A DNA stretch of 64,000 nucleotides from positions 1 through 64,000 of the forward strand of contig JBGANF010000003.1 in the NCBI GenBank assembly GCA_044222475.1, given 5' to 3'. The position numbers were made by a program, and so were the translations under genes. This DNA comes from Polyangiaceae bacterium. Its GTDB lineage: Bacteria; Myxococcota_A; Polyangia; Polyangiales; Polyangiaceae. Numbering within the stretch: the first letter of the stretch is position 1; the number at the start of each line of letters is the position of its first letter. The notes under the pieces were generated by a model. That model saw only the letters and a list, made by a program, of their open reading frames with translations, did not search any database and had not been told where the DNA came from. Shown in pieces: positions 1 to 9,096 of the stretch.

Positions 1-641
1 ACCTCCGTGTTGGTCAGGAGATCCGCCATCGGCAAACCCTCGATGCTGAGCTTGACGCCACCAGACACCGCCGAGAGGTTCGCGAAGTGGGCGGTGACGT
101 AGCCCGGTTTGCTCGGTGCGTCGCCGTTGTACTGGATGACGCGGGAGCCCAGCTTCATCGGCTTCGCGGCGTCCGTGACGAGCGTGACCACGGTCGTGCC
201 GACGGTGTTCACGTCCACCGGGATCGAGGCGTGCGCCTGGCCGTTGGTGAGGGAGCCGCAGTCGCTCTGGTTGGCGGCGCTGGCGGCATCGAAGACCTCG
301 AGCGTGATCTTTCCGACGAGCTTGCCACCGAAATCCGCGCCGCCGCCGACCGGGATGCCAGCGTAGTTCGTGAGCGGCATGATCGTCCGCGGCTGGGCTG
401 TCCCCTTCCCGATGCAAATGACGACGCCGTCGAAAGCTCCCTTCGCCTCCGTGATGCCATTGACGACGACCAGCCGCGGCGGCGAGGTGCCGCCGTCCAG
501 GTCGATGGGCACCCCACCGTCCGGATCCAGGATGTCAGCGTCGGGGCCGGGGCCCGGCGGCCCGGTCATCGAAGACGCCATCCCGCACGCGCAGACGGCG
601 ACCGAGCTCGCGACCACGAAACCTGCGAGCGTCCTCGTCAC
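1..641 (-). CDS. Putative lipoprotein, paralog of the upstream gene; runs off the window edge
   Basis: Not in the ORF track; translated by hand from GTG at 641, which overlaps the upstream TGA: MTRTLAGFVVASSVAVCACG...LVVVNGIT...VVICIGK...PLTNYAGIPVGGGADFG...DCGSL. No stop before base 1. Confidence 0.75.
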   Translation of the reverse strand, partial: MTRTLAGFVVASSVAVCACGMASSMTGPPGPGPDADILDPDGGVPIDLDGGTSPPRLVVVNGITEAKGAFDGVVICIGKGTAQPRTIMPLTNYAGIPVGGGADFGGKLVGKITLEVFDAASAANQSDCGSLTNGQAHASIPVDVNTVGTTVVTLVTDAAKPMKLGSRVIQYNGDAPSKPGYVTAHFANLSAVSGGVKLSIEGLPMADLLTNTE

Positions 642-1549
642 GGTGCCCCTTTCGGGACGAGGGTGAACGGCACGGCGGCGAGGTGCAACTCGCGCCCGGT
701 GAGTTGCTCGGGTGCCTTGTACGCCGCGTACGGTTCGCTCGGATCGCCGACGAGGATGAGGAGGTACTGCGTCCGAGGATCGAAGAACGTCACCGGGTCG
801 GTGGTGGGATCGGACACGTACTGAATCGACGCCAGGGTCTGATCGTAGGTGAACGTCGCAGTGTCGTCGGTCACGTGGACTTTGTCGCCATACGACTTCG
901 GGAGGAGAAACCCCGACGACGCCGCGGATGTGCCAGTCTGCGCCTTCGCCGTCTGGAATGTCATGGTCAGCTGCGTCGCCGTGACACCCGTGCCAGCGAA
1001 CGCGAACTGCCCTGCGACTTCGTCCGATGTGGGAGTTGCCCCCACCGTGAGCGCGATCTGCTTCGCACTGATCACGCCCTTCGCGTCGTCGACGAGGACG
1101 AGTGCTGAGGGCCCCGAGGCAGGCGTGATGGCGAGGTGAGTGAAGGTCGAGGTGTTGCGGAGCGTTCCGCAGTCGCCGGACTTGTCCTTGATGGCGCTCG
1201 CAGAGAACACGTCGACGCCACCGCTGAGGTCGAAGATGCCGAGATCGACGCCGCGGCCGCGCGCGAGCCCCGGGTAGTTCGTGAGCGCGATGGGGCGATT
1301 GCTCGGGACGGCGAGCGCCTTGGAGTCCTTCGGGCAGATGCGAACGTCTCCGATGGCATCGCTCGTGAGCGCGTTGACGAGGACGACCGTCGACTGGAAC
1401 GCGGCAGGCACGAGCCGCGCGTCCATCCCGGCGTCGGGGGTTCCGGTGGTCGGGATCGTCGTACCGTCGGCAGCCGCCCCGCACGCACCAAGCGACACGA
1501 GGGCGAGGCCGGCGAGGATCGGGAAGACGAGAGCTCGCACGTGCACCAT
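638..1549 (-). CDS. Putative lipoprotein of unknown function
   Basis: ATG at 1549 gives MVHVRALVFPILAGLALVSLGAC (signal peptide plus lipobox-like Cys). TAAGCT lies 5 nt upstream. Confidence 0.75.
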   Translation of the reverse strand: MVHVRALVFPILAGLALVSLGACGAAADGTTIPTTGTPDAGMDARLVPAAFQSTVVLVNALTSDAIGDVRICPKDSKALAVPSNRPIALTNYPGLARGRGVDLGIFDLSGGVDVFSASAIKDKSGDCGTLRNTSTFTHLAITPASGPSALVLVDDAKGVISAKQIALTVGATPTSDEVAGQFAFAGTGVTATQLTMTFQTAKAQTGTSAASSGFLLPKSYGDKVHVTDDTATFTYDQTLASIQYVSDPTTDPVTFFDPRTQYLLILVGDPSEPYAAYKAPEQLTGRELHLAAVPFTLVPKGAP

Positions 1550-1649
1550 GGGGAAGCTTACCTTGGAAGAAGCATGCCGACCACGGTGTGCGTGCTTGAA
1601 GATTCGGCCCGGTTCCCGCATGCTGTGGTCGCGATGCCGGAGGGAACGC

Positions 1650-3029
1650 GTGGCCACTGAACCCACCCCGGGGACGATGATCACCGCCAACGTGCGGTTG
1701 GTCCGTCCCCTCGGTGCGGGTGGAATGGGGGCGGTGTGGGTGGCTGACCACCTCGCACTCCATACCCAGGTGGTCGTGAAGTTCATCGCGGCCGAGCTCG
1801 CGAAGAACGAGGAGGCGGTGTCGCGCTTTCGCCGCGAGGCGGCGGCCGCGTCGTCGGTGAAGAGCCCCCACGTCGTCCAGATGCTCGATCACGGCGTCAC
1901 CGACGACGGCGTCCCGTTCATCGTGATGGAGCTCCTCGAAGGTCACGATCTCGCGGCTCACCTCGAGGCCCATGGCCGCATGGAGCCGGCGCAGGTGTCG
2001 GCGATCGTGACGCAGCTCGCGCGCGCGCTCGGCCGAGCGCACGAGCGCGGCATCGTCCACCGCGACATCAAGCCGCACAACGTCTTCCTCTCCGACGCGG
2101 GCGGCGGCGAGGTGTTCGTGAAGCTCCTCGACTTCGGCATCGCGAAGACCAACGACGCGCAGAAGCTCGACTCGGGCACCAAGACCGGCTCGATGATGGG
2201 CTCTCCCTACTACATGAGCCCGGAGCAGGTCGTCGGCTCCAAGACCGTCGATCACCGCTCGGACCTGTGGGCCGTCGGCGTCGTTGCCTACGAGGCGCTC
2301 ACTGGGGTTCGTCCGTTCGAAGCCGAGACCGTCGGGGGGCTCGCCGTGCAGATCCACAGCGCGCCGCTGCCCGTGCCTTCGTCCGCGAACGGCCTGCTGC
2401 CCAAGTCGATCGACGCGTGGTTTGCCCGCGCGTGCTCTCGCGACCTGGAGGCGCGCTTCCAATCCGCGAAGGAGCTCGCCGACGCGCTCGCGCTCGCCAT
2501 CACCGGGCAGATGCCGGTCGCGATGTCGATCCCGGTGCCGAGCGGGAGCGGCCCTCAGATCGACGCGATGGCGAGCACCGCCATCGACCCAGCGCCGTCG
2601 GTGCGCTCCTCGCCGGACGCGCGAAGCCGAACCGACGCCGGGCTCGGACTGAACACGCGATCGAGCGCAGCTCCGAGGCGGCCACCGTTCATGCTCATCG
2701 GCGTCGCGGTGATCGCCGTCGTGGCCATCGTCGGGGTCGCGTTCGCCGTCTCGTCGAGCAAGAGCACGAGTGACGGCAGTGGCTCGGCGCTCGCCGACCA
2801 TCCTACGACGACCGCCACCGCCAGCGTCACGAGCAGCGCGACCGCGAGCGCCACCGCCATCGTGCCGGTTGCCCCTCCGTCGACCGCCGTCGCCCCGCCG
2901 AGCGCGACCCCGCGGGTGACGACCGGGATCCCGCACGCGTCGGCGAAGCCCTCCAGCTCTTCCGCGACTCCGAAGCCCAGCGCCACCGCGACCGCGACCC
3001 ATGGGAGCAGCGACGATGACATCCGCTAG
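1650..3029 (+). CDS. Membrane-anchored Hanks-type Ser/Thr protein kinase
   Basis: GAGGMG, VVVK, HRDIKPHN, DFG, YMSPE and DLW motifs; one TM helix; Thr/Ser/Pro-rich C-terminal tail. GTG start at 1650 is inferred. Confidence 0.93.
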   Translation: MATEPTPGTMITANVRLVRPLGAGGMGAVWVADHLALHTQVVVKFIAAELAKNEEAVSRFRREAAAASSVKSPHVVQMLDHGVTDDGVPFIVMELLEGHDLAAHLEAHGRMEPAQVSAIVTQLARALGRAHERGIVHRDIKPHNVFLSDAGGGEVFVKLLDFGIAKTNDAQKLDSGTKTGSMMGSPYYMSPEQVVGSKTVDHRSDLWAVGVVAYEALTGVRPFEAETVGGLAVQIHSAPLPVPSSANGLLPKSIDAWFARACSRDLEARFQSAKELADALALAITGQMPVAMSIPVPSGSGPQIDAMASTAIDPAPSVRSSPDARSRTDAGLGLNTRSSAAPRRPPFMLIGVAVIAVVAIVGVAFAVSSSKSTSDGSGSALADHPTTTATASVTSSATASATAIVPVAPPSTAVAPPSATPRVTTGIPHASAKPSSSSATPKPSATATATHGSSDDDIR

Positions 3030-4008
3030 GGCGCGCGCGCTCGCCGCGTTCGTGTGCGCAGCCAGCATCCTGTCTGCCGGAGCGAGCCTCGCCGCCGGTC
3101 CGACCGCGCAAGACTTCGAGACGGCACGTGTACTCTACAAGGAAGGCAAGGATCTCCGCGCCAAGGGAGATCTCAAAGGCGCCTACCAGAAGCTGCTCGC
3201 TGCCCACTCGTTGGGTCACACGCCGATCACCGGCATCGAGCTCGCCAAGGTCGAGGTCGATCTCGGCATGCTCGTCGAGGCTCGCGAGGTGTGCCTCGGC
3301 ATCGCGCGCATGCCGGTCGAGTCCGACGAGTCCAAGCGCTCCGCCGAAGCGCGCGACGAAGCAGCGAAGCTCGCCGAGTCGCTCAAGCCGCGCATCCCCT
3401 CGATCCTGATCCGCATCGTGCCCGCCCAGACGACCGCCGAGCTCCTCGTCGACGTCGACGGGAGTCGCGTCCCCGTCGCCGCGCTCAGCGAGCCTCGCAA
3501 GGTCAACCCCGGCAGCCACGCACTCCGCGCCCAGTACGACGGAGGCGAGCCCGTGACGCTCACCGTCAAGCTGGGCGAAGCCGAGACCAAGGACGTCGCG
3601 CTCAGCCCACCCGCTCCGAAGATCGTCGTCGTGCCTCCTCCGCCGCCGCCGCCCGGCCAACGCCAGCCGCGGTCGGGTCTCTCGGGGCTCACGATCGCCG
3701 GGTTCATCACCGCTGGCGTCGGGCTCGCCGTCGGCGGCGCGGCGGGCATCGCAGCCATCGCGTTCAAGTCGTCGCTCTCGTGCGACGCGAACAAGGTGTG
3801 CACCGGGAGCGACATCGGAACGCTGAGCGACGCGAACACGGCGGCCAACGTGTCGAACGTCGGCTTCGTGGTCGCGGGCGTCGGCGCCGTGCTGACGATC
3901 ATCGGATTTCTCACGACGCCTTCTCGTCCCACGATGGGACAAACCGTGAAGCCAGCAGTCACGCCCGACGTGGGCCTCGGATGGGTGGGAGTCCATGGGC
4001 GTTTCTAG
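3016..4008 (+). CDS. Secreted TPR + PEGA-like protein with C-terminal hydrophobic helices
   Basis: Signal peptide, TPR-like helices, beta-rich segment (VDVDG...VNPGSH), poly-Pro linker, two hydrophobic segments, C-terminal Phe. Confidence 0.75.
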   Translation: MTSARARALAAFVCAASILSAGASLAAGPTAQDFETARVLYKEGKDLRAKGDLKGAYQKLLAAHSLGHTPITGIELAKVEVDLGMLVEAREVCLGIARMPVESDESKRSAEARDEAAKLAESLKPRIPSILIRIVPAQTTAELLVDVDGSRVPVAALSEPRKVNPGSHALRAQYDGGEPVTLTVKLGEAETKDVALSPPAPKIVVVPPPPPPPGQRQPRSGLSGLTIAGFITAGVGLAVGGAAGIAAIAFKSSLSCDANKVCTGSDIGTLSDANTAANVSNVGFVVAGVGAVLTIIGFLTTPSRPTMGQTVKPAVTPDVGLGWVGVHGRF

Positions 4009-4687
4009 GCGCCTCGTCGCGCTCGTCGCGCTTGCTTCCGTACCGGCCATGGCGGCGTGCCAGCTGGTGCTGGGCCTCGACGAGTACACGAAGGGGACCG
4101 ACGCCGGCGGCGTGCTCGAATCCGGCGCGCCCGACGGCGGTGACGGCGGCATCGACGCCGAGGCCCTCCCCGACGTGTTCTCCAAGCCCGTGACCTGGGC
4201 GCACTGGCGGATGCCGAACCCACCCGGCCTCGGGGGGGACTCGGGCTCGATCTACAACGGGTCCACGTTCGTCCAGCTCGGCGCGTTCGCCCCCGACGGA
4301 GGCGACGCATCCTACTCGGTGTACACCGATCGTCTCCTCGCCGAGCCCGACGCCGGGACGGGTCTCCAATGGTTCTTCCCGCCCGAGCTCACCGCGCCTT
4401 CGACCGAAGGGGTTGCCGAGGCCGCCTGCGCTCAGCGCGGCGCGCGCCTCCCGACGCGGATCGAGCTCGTGACCCTCCTCGACTTCTCCACACCGAGCGA
4501 GCGGCGAATGCCGGGCCTCCTGACGAACGCGGTCGGCAAGAAGCGCTACTGGACGAGCTCCCCCGTTCGCCCGTTCGAAGGGAGCGTCCGTTTCTGGACG
4601 GTCTCGTTCAACGCCAACGACAACAAGCCCGTCGCCCCGAGCGACGACCAAGAGCCGACCTTCACGGCCTGCGTGAGGGCCCAATGA
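3995..4687 (+). CDS. DUF1566 (Lcl C-terminal-like) domain lipoprotein
   Basis: Lipobox-like MAAC; RLPTRIELVTLLD, YWTSS, FWTVSF and final CVR motifs. Confidence 0.75.
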   Translation: MGVSRRLVALVALASVPAMAACQLVLGLDEYTKGTDAGGVLESGAPDGGDGGIDAEALPDVFSKPVTWAHWRMPNPPGLGGDSGSIYNGSTFVQLGAFAPDGGDASYSVYTDRLLAEPDAGTGLQWFFPPELTAPSTEGVAEAACAQRGARLPTRIELVTLLDFSTPSERRMPGLLTNAVGKKRYWTSSPVRPFEGSVRFWTVSFNANDNKPVAPSDDQEPTFTACVRAQ

Positions 4688-5166
4688 GGATCCACAAGGC
4701 GATCGTGGCGGCTGCGGCGAGCTTCGTGTTCCTTTCGGTGACGGCGAGCGCGGACGCTCCGCCCGATCAGTACGACACCTTCGGCAAGACGACCGTTCGC
4801 ATTCGTGATCGGTGGACGCTCCTCCGTTGGGATCGCTTCGACGTCACGATGCACACCGGCACCCTCGCCGACGACGAGAAGTTCTGCCAGTCAGCCCCGT
4901 CCCTCGGCGCTCCGGGGAGGCTACCGACGGTGAAGGAGCTCCTCACCCTCGTCGACGAGACGCCCCACGACGAGGTGTCGACCGGCACCGGCAAAGCCGA
5001 GCCCCGGGCCATCGACCGTAACGCGTTCCCCGCGACGCCGGTCGATCTCCCTTACGCCACGACCTCCGGCCTGCCCAACGAGTTCTGGCTCGTGGACTTC
5101 AGCACGGGCGTGGTCACCGTCGGGACCGCCGTGCCGCACTACGTGCGTTGCGTCGTCGCCGAGTAG
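4684..5166 (+). CDS. Secreted DUF1566 domain protein
   Basis: ATGA overlap with the previous gene; signal peptide; DRWTLLRW, RLPTVKELLTLVD, WLVDF and YVRCV motifs. Confidence 0.78.
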   Translation: MRIHKAIVAAAASFVFLSVTASADAPPDQYDTFGKTTVRIRDRWTLLRWDRFDVTMHTGTLADDEKFCQSAPSLGAPGRLPTVKELLTLVDETPHDEVSTGTGKAEPRAIDRNAFPATPVDLPYATTSGLPNEFWLVDFSTGVVTVGTAVPHYVRCVVAE

Positions 5167-5181
5167 ACGCGCTCGAGTTGC

Positions 5182-6021
5182 TCAGTTGCAGGTCGACCCG
5201 AGGCACGCCGCGATCTCGGTGCTGCACTCCTTCTGAATGCAGTTGAAGTCGCCGCCGCACTTGCCGAACCCCTTCTGGATGGCGCAGTTGAACGCCTGGT
5301 CGAAGAAGAACTGCGTGTCCGGGCAGCCCAGCGCGAGGCAGTTGGCCACGCACGAGATGCTGACGTTCGGCGGGTTCGATCCGAGCTGAACGCACTTGAA
5401 CGCGCAGGTCAGCGCTTGGAAGCAGCTGAGGGTCGTGCACTGGCCGCAGTCTTGGTTGCAGTTTGCACACGTCTCGAACTGCTCGCACTTGGCGTTGCCG
5501 CACACCGCGCACACACCGCAGTCGTGCGGGCACGACGCGCAGGACTCGCCCGCCTTGCAGACGCCGTCGCCGCAGCCTGCGCACTTGCCGCAGTCCTCTG
5601 GGCACGTGAAGCACGTCTCGGTGGTGCCGTTGCACTTGCCGTCGCCGCAGGCCGCGCACTTGCCGCAGTCCGGTGCGCAGGTGACGCAGTCTTCGCCACC
5701 CTTGCAGAAGCCGTCACCGCAGGCGGGGCAGGTGTCGCAGTCTTGCGGACACGAGTTGCAGTTCTCGGTGGCGTCGCACTTGCCGTTGCCGCAGGTCTTG
5801 CAGAGACCGCAGTCGTTGGGGCAGTTCGTACAGCTCTCGCCCGGAGACTGACACACGTTGTCGCCGCAGGTCTTCGGCGGAACGAACCCGTCGACGCCGG
5901 CGTCGGCCACGATCTCGAAGTCGGGGTCGTCGAGCGAGGCGCGCGAGCCGCACGCCGACGCTACGAGCGCCATGATGCAGATCGAAAGGGCGATCGAGAG
6001 GGTGCGCTTGAGCGAAGCCAT
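5182..6021 (-). CDS. Cysteine-rich repeat lipoprotein
   Basis: Lipobox ASAC; six tandem CG(D/N)xxC...ExCxxCxxDCxxC units followed by a Cys-rich helical C-terminal domain. Confidence 0.85.
   Translation of the reverse strand: MASLKRTLSIALSICIMALVASACGSRASLDDPDFEIVADAGVDGFVPPKTCGDNVCQSPGESCTNCPNDCGLCKTCGNGKCDATENCNSCPQDCDTCPACGDGFCKGGEDCVTCAPDCGKCAACGDGKCNGTTETCFTCPEDCGKCAGCGDGVCKAGESCASCPHDCGVCAVCGNAKCEQFETCANCNQDCGQCTTLSCFQALTCAFKCVQLGSNPPNVSISCVANCLALGCPDTQFFFDQAFNCAIQKGFGKCGGDFNCIQKECSTEIAACLGSTCN
5437..5868 (-). repeat. Six intragenic tandem repeats of about 24-25 aa, 6 Cys each
   Basis: Units begin CGDNVC, CGNGKC, CGDGFC, CGDGKC, CGDGVC and CGNAKC. Confidence 0.9.
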
Positions 6022-6079
6022 GCGCGGAGCTTACCAGATGCTTCGCCCCACACCAGCCGCGTTTCCGCCTAAATTCTGG

Positions 6080-7090
6080 CTAGAACGTCGTGCGGAACCC
6101 GAGCGAAGCAGGACCGACGAGGAGCTCGGCGGTCGGCGTTGGCGGTGCCCCCGGATCTTGGCTCTTCTTCTTCGACGTCAAATCGAGGACGAGGAACGTC
6201 GTCCCGAGAGCGACGCCCACGAGACCGATGACGAGGCCCACGTTCGCGATCGTCTGCTCGCGCTGGCCGCGAGCCACGAGGCTCGCTTGGCTCGGCGGAC
6301 AAGGCGCGGAGGGGCACGCCGCCTTCACGTCGCTGAACGTTCCGTTCGACATGGCGCCCCCGACGGCGAACATGACCAAGCCGACCGCTCCCACGCCATA
6401 ACCGCCGATCCACAGCGGTCGCCAGATCGACATCCCGCCCGCGGTGTCGGGCGTCGACGGAGGCGGCGGCGGCGGCGTCGTCACGGCCGTGGCGGTGCCG
6501 ACGTCGAGCGACACGTCGACGGTCTGTCCGGCGGCCACGGTCGCGGTGCGCTTCACTTCGTTGTTCCCAGTCGTCAATGTGACGTCGACGGTGCCGGGCA
6601 TCGTCGGAACCGGCTCGACCCACCCGGCGCGTACGACCTCGTTGCCGCCGACGACGAGCTTGGAGTCGTCCGACGCGCCCTGGATCGCCAAACGAACGAA
6701 ACCGAGCTTCTTGCCGAGGTCCGCGCGCTCCGCCAGCGCGGCCTGGGCGGCCTTGCCGTAGCGGCCATCCTCGTGCTCGTGCTCTTTCGCCTCGGCTGCG
6801 GTGCGCCCGAACTCGGCGTACGCCTCGACCAAGCGACCCATCTCGCGCAGGGTGCGCGCGACGTAGAGGCGCGTGTTCGGGCTCTGGACGATCTCGATCG
6901 ATCCGCGGAACTCGACCAGCGCGTCGGCGTACTTCCCCGCGTCGTAGAGCTTCTTTCCTTTGCCGAAGAGGGCTTGGGCTTGCTCGCGTTGAACCGCGGT
7001 CGCTTGCGCCGGATCGACTCCAGCAGCGAGCGCCGAGGAGATGGATGTACCCGTCACGAGGACGGCGAGGACGGCGGCGTGGAGTCGCAT
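6080..7090 (-). CDS. Secreted TPR + PEGA-like protein with C-terminal hydrophobic helices
   Basis: MRLHAAVLAVLV signal; TPR (AQALFGKGKKLYDAGKYADAL); beta domain (PGTVDV); poly-Pro linker; ends GFRTTF. Confidence 0.78.
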   Translation of the reverse strand: MRLHAAVLAVLVTGTSISSALAAGVDPAQATAVQREQAQALFGKGKKLYDAGKYADALVEFRGSIEIVQSPNTRLYVARTLREMGRLVEAYAEFGRTAAEAKEHEHEDGRYGKAAQAALAERADLGKKLGFVRLAIQGASDDSKLVVGGNEVVRAGWVEPVPTMPGTVDVTLTTGNNEVKRTATVAAGQTVDVSLDVGTATAVTTPPPPPPSTPDTAGGMSIWRPLWIGGYGVGAVGLVMFAVGGAMSNGTFSDVKAACPSAPCPPSQASLVARGQREQTIANVGLVIGLVGVALGTTFLVLDLTSKKKSQDPGAPPTPTAELLVGPASLGFRTTF

Positions 7091-8991
7091 CAGATGCCCT
7101 CGGGATCGTACGTCGGTTTGGGGCGCGCCGTCGAACTCGAGGGGCGAGGCCACGGCCCGCCGGTGGAAGTGCCGGAAACCGCTGGTGCGGCGGCGTCGAC
7201 TTCGACTGCGGTGGTGCCGGTGGACGTGGTGGTCGTGGTGGTGGTCGGGAGCGGCTCGGCGGTCGACACCGCCGCGGTCGTGCTCGGAGGTGGCGGGACG
7301 GCAACGGTGGCGTGCGTCGTCGCGGTCGTGCTTCCTTGCGGCGGCAGACCACCATCGGGCTTCCTCACGGCGAAGAAGACGACGACCACGAGGAGCGGGA
7401 TCAACAGGAGGAGCGCGAGCATCCACTTGCGTCGGCCCGGCGGAGGCAGACCGGCAGGGATGTCCTCCGCCGGCACCGCGACCGGATCCGGGGTGGCGAG
7501 CGCGGGAGCCGACGTGAGCTCCGGCTTTGCCATCTCGAGCGGCGGAGGATCGGGAGCGGGAGCTGGCGCGGGAGCCGCTACCGGAGGCGGAGGCGCCTCG
7601 ACGACGACCGGAGGCGGCGGCGCGGCGGCGACGACTGGCGCGCGCACCGACTCGACGGCGTCGATCAGCTCGATCTCGTCGTCCGACGGCGGGGCCACCG
7701 GCGCACCCCGAGGTTTCGTCGGCGCCTCGAACTGGTCGACGGTCTCACCGCGCGGGCGGGTCGGAGCGTCGAACTCGTCGACTGCCGGCGGAGCGGGCGA
7801 GAGCTCGATGGCGCCGATCGCGGGACGGGGACCGGCGTGCGGGGCCGGCGGCTTCGCGATCGCGGGAGGAGCGGCCGCGGCCTTGGGGATGGCAGCGGCT
7901 TTGGGGACGACGACCGGCGCGACCGCTGCGGGGGTCGGCGTCGGCGGGCGCGACGACGGACGGATGGCGGCGAGGACGCGCGAAGCTCCGTCGGGCACCG
8001 ACGGCCGCACCGAGCGGCGATCCCCCGAGGACGGCGTGGGGAGCGCGAGCTCGCCGCGCCGCGCGAGGATCTTTTCTCCGCCGTAGCGATCGACGATCTC
8101 CGCGACGCGAGCCGGCATCGCGAGCTTCGCTCGGACCGCGAGGCGCACCGCCGCCGCCATCTCGGCGGCAGTCCCGTAGCGCGCGAGGGGATCGACGGCG
8201 AGTGCCTTCTCCACGATGGGGATCAACGGCGCGGCCCAGGCCTGGTCGCCCTCGAGCGTCAGCTTCGGCAGGGGCGTGCTCGCGCGGGTGAGGCGCGCTT
8301 CGCGCGTCGCCTTCTCGAACAGGCGCGCGTTCGCGAGGATCTCCCAGAGGATCACGCCGACGGAGTAGATGTCGGCCCGGGCGCTCCCCTTTCCGCTGCG
8401 GAGCTGCTCGGGAGCGGCGTACGGGACGATCGCCGCGTCGAGGTTGAGCGCCGTGAGCCGACCGACGTACGGACGGAGAAGCCGACTCACCCCGTCGAAG
8501 CCGACGGCGACCGTGTGGGGCGCGACCGCGCCGTGGACGAGCGGCGGCTGGCCGGGGGTGGTCTTGTCGGTGTGCAGGGCGCTGAGCGCCGCGAGCACGT
8601 CGACGACGACGCGGATGCCGACGTCGATGGACAGCGGGCGTTCGGCCGCCTTCGCCATGAGGCGCAGCGCGCCGAGGAGCTCCCCCTCGACGAACGCCGT
8701 CGTGACGAACACGTCGGACGCCGATCGCCCCGCATCCTGAACCTGGGCGAGGTTCGGGAAGCGGAGGCCTGCCGTCCGCTTCACGTCGGCGAGGAGGGCA
8801 TCGCGAGACATGGGCGAGAGGTTGCGGTACCGCTCCGCGACCACGAGCTCGGCCCCGTCGGGGCCGTAGGCGTGTCCGACGAAGGTCAGGGGGGACGTCG
8901 CGCCCGCCTCCGGCTGACGCGCAAGCTCGCGCACGACGAGGATCCGCTCGAAGCGGCCTCCTTCTACGCGAATTTCCTCGCCGGGACGCAC
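7090..8991 (-). CDS. Membrane-anchored Ser/Thr pseudokinase
   Basis: C-lobe motifs YAAPEQ and ADIYSVGVILWE are retained. The HRDxKxxN loop reads HGAVAPHT, and there is no DFG or Gly-rich loop. Long Pro-rich linker, TM helix, Thr-rich tail. Confidence 0.8.
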   Translation of the reverse strand: MRPGEEIRVEGGRFERILVVRELARQPEAGATSPLTFVGHAYGPDGAELVVAERYRNLSPMSRDALLADVKRTAGLRFPNLAQVQDAGRSASDVFVTTAFVEGELLGALRLMAKAAERPLSIDVGIRVVVDVLAALSALHTDKTTPGQPPLVHGAVAPHTVAVGFDGVSRLLRPYVGRLTALNLDAAIVPYAAPEQLRSGKGSARADIYSVGVILWEILANARLFEKATREARLTRASTPLPKLTLEGDQAWAAPLIPIVEKALAVDPLARYGTAAEMAAAVRLAVRAKLAMPARVAEIVDRYGGEKILARRGELALPTPSSGDRRSVRPSVPDGASRVLAAIRPSSRPPTPTPAAVAPVVVPKAAAIPKAAAAPPAIAKPPAPHAGPRPAIGAIELSPAPPAVDEFDAPTRPRGETVDQFEAPTKPRGAPVAPPSDDEIELIDAVESVRAPVVAAAPPPPVVVEAPPPPVAAPAPAPAPDPPPLEMAKPELTSAPALATPDPVAVPAEDIPAGLPPPGRRKWMLALLLLIPLLVVVVFFAVRKPDGGLPPQGSTTATTHATVAVPPPPSTTAAVSTAEPLPTTTTTTTSTGTTAVEVDAAAPAVSGTSTGGPWPRPSSSTARPKPTYDPEGI

Positions 8992-9096
8992 GCGCGGAAG
9001 TGTACACCAACCGATCCGGCGTGTCCCGAAAGGGGATTTGGCCCCCGGCTCGTGTCTTGGCTTGAGATTGGGCGAGCCTTTGGTGATCCTGCGTGC

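Noticed and set aside
1605..1620. GG-N10-GC element upstream of the first kinase
   Set aside because: Poor match outside the core dinucleotides; likely by chance in GC-rich DNA.
3995..5166. Possible diversity-generating retroelement
   Set aside because: No reverse transcriptase and no template/variable repeat pair is visible in the window.
5437..5868. Periodic DNA that might be a CRISPR array or a multiheme cytochrome
   Set aside because: The repeats are degenerate, in-frame coding units without identical repeats or spacers, and there are no CxxCH motifs.
7045..9096. N-terminal 684 codons of the 1186-aa ORF 7045..10605
   Set aside because: Arg/Gly-rich antisense shadow of the pseudokinase; protein-like sequence starts only at ATG 9097.
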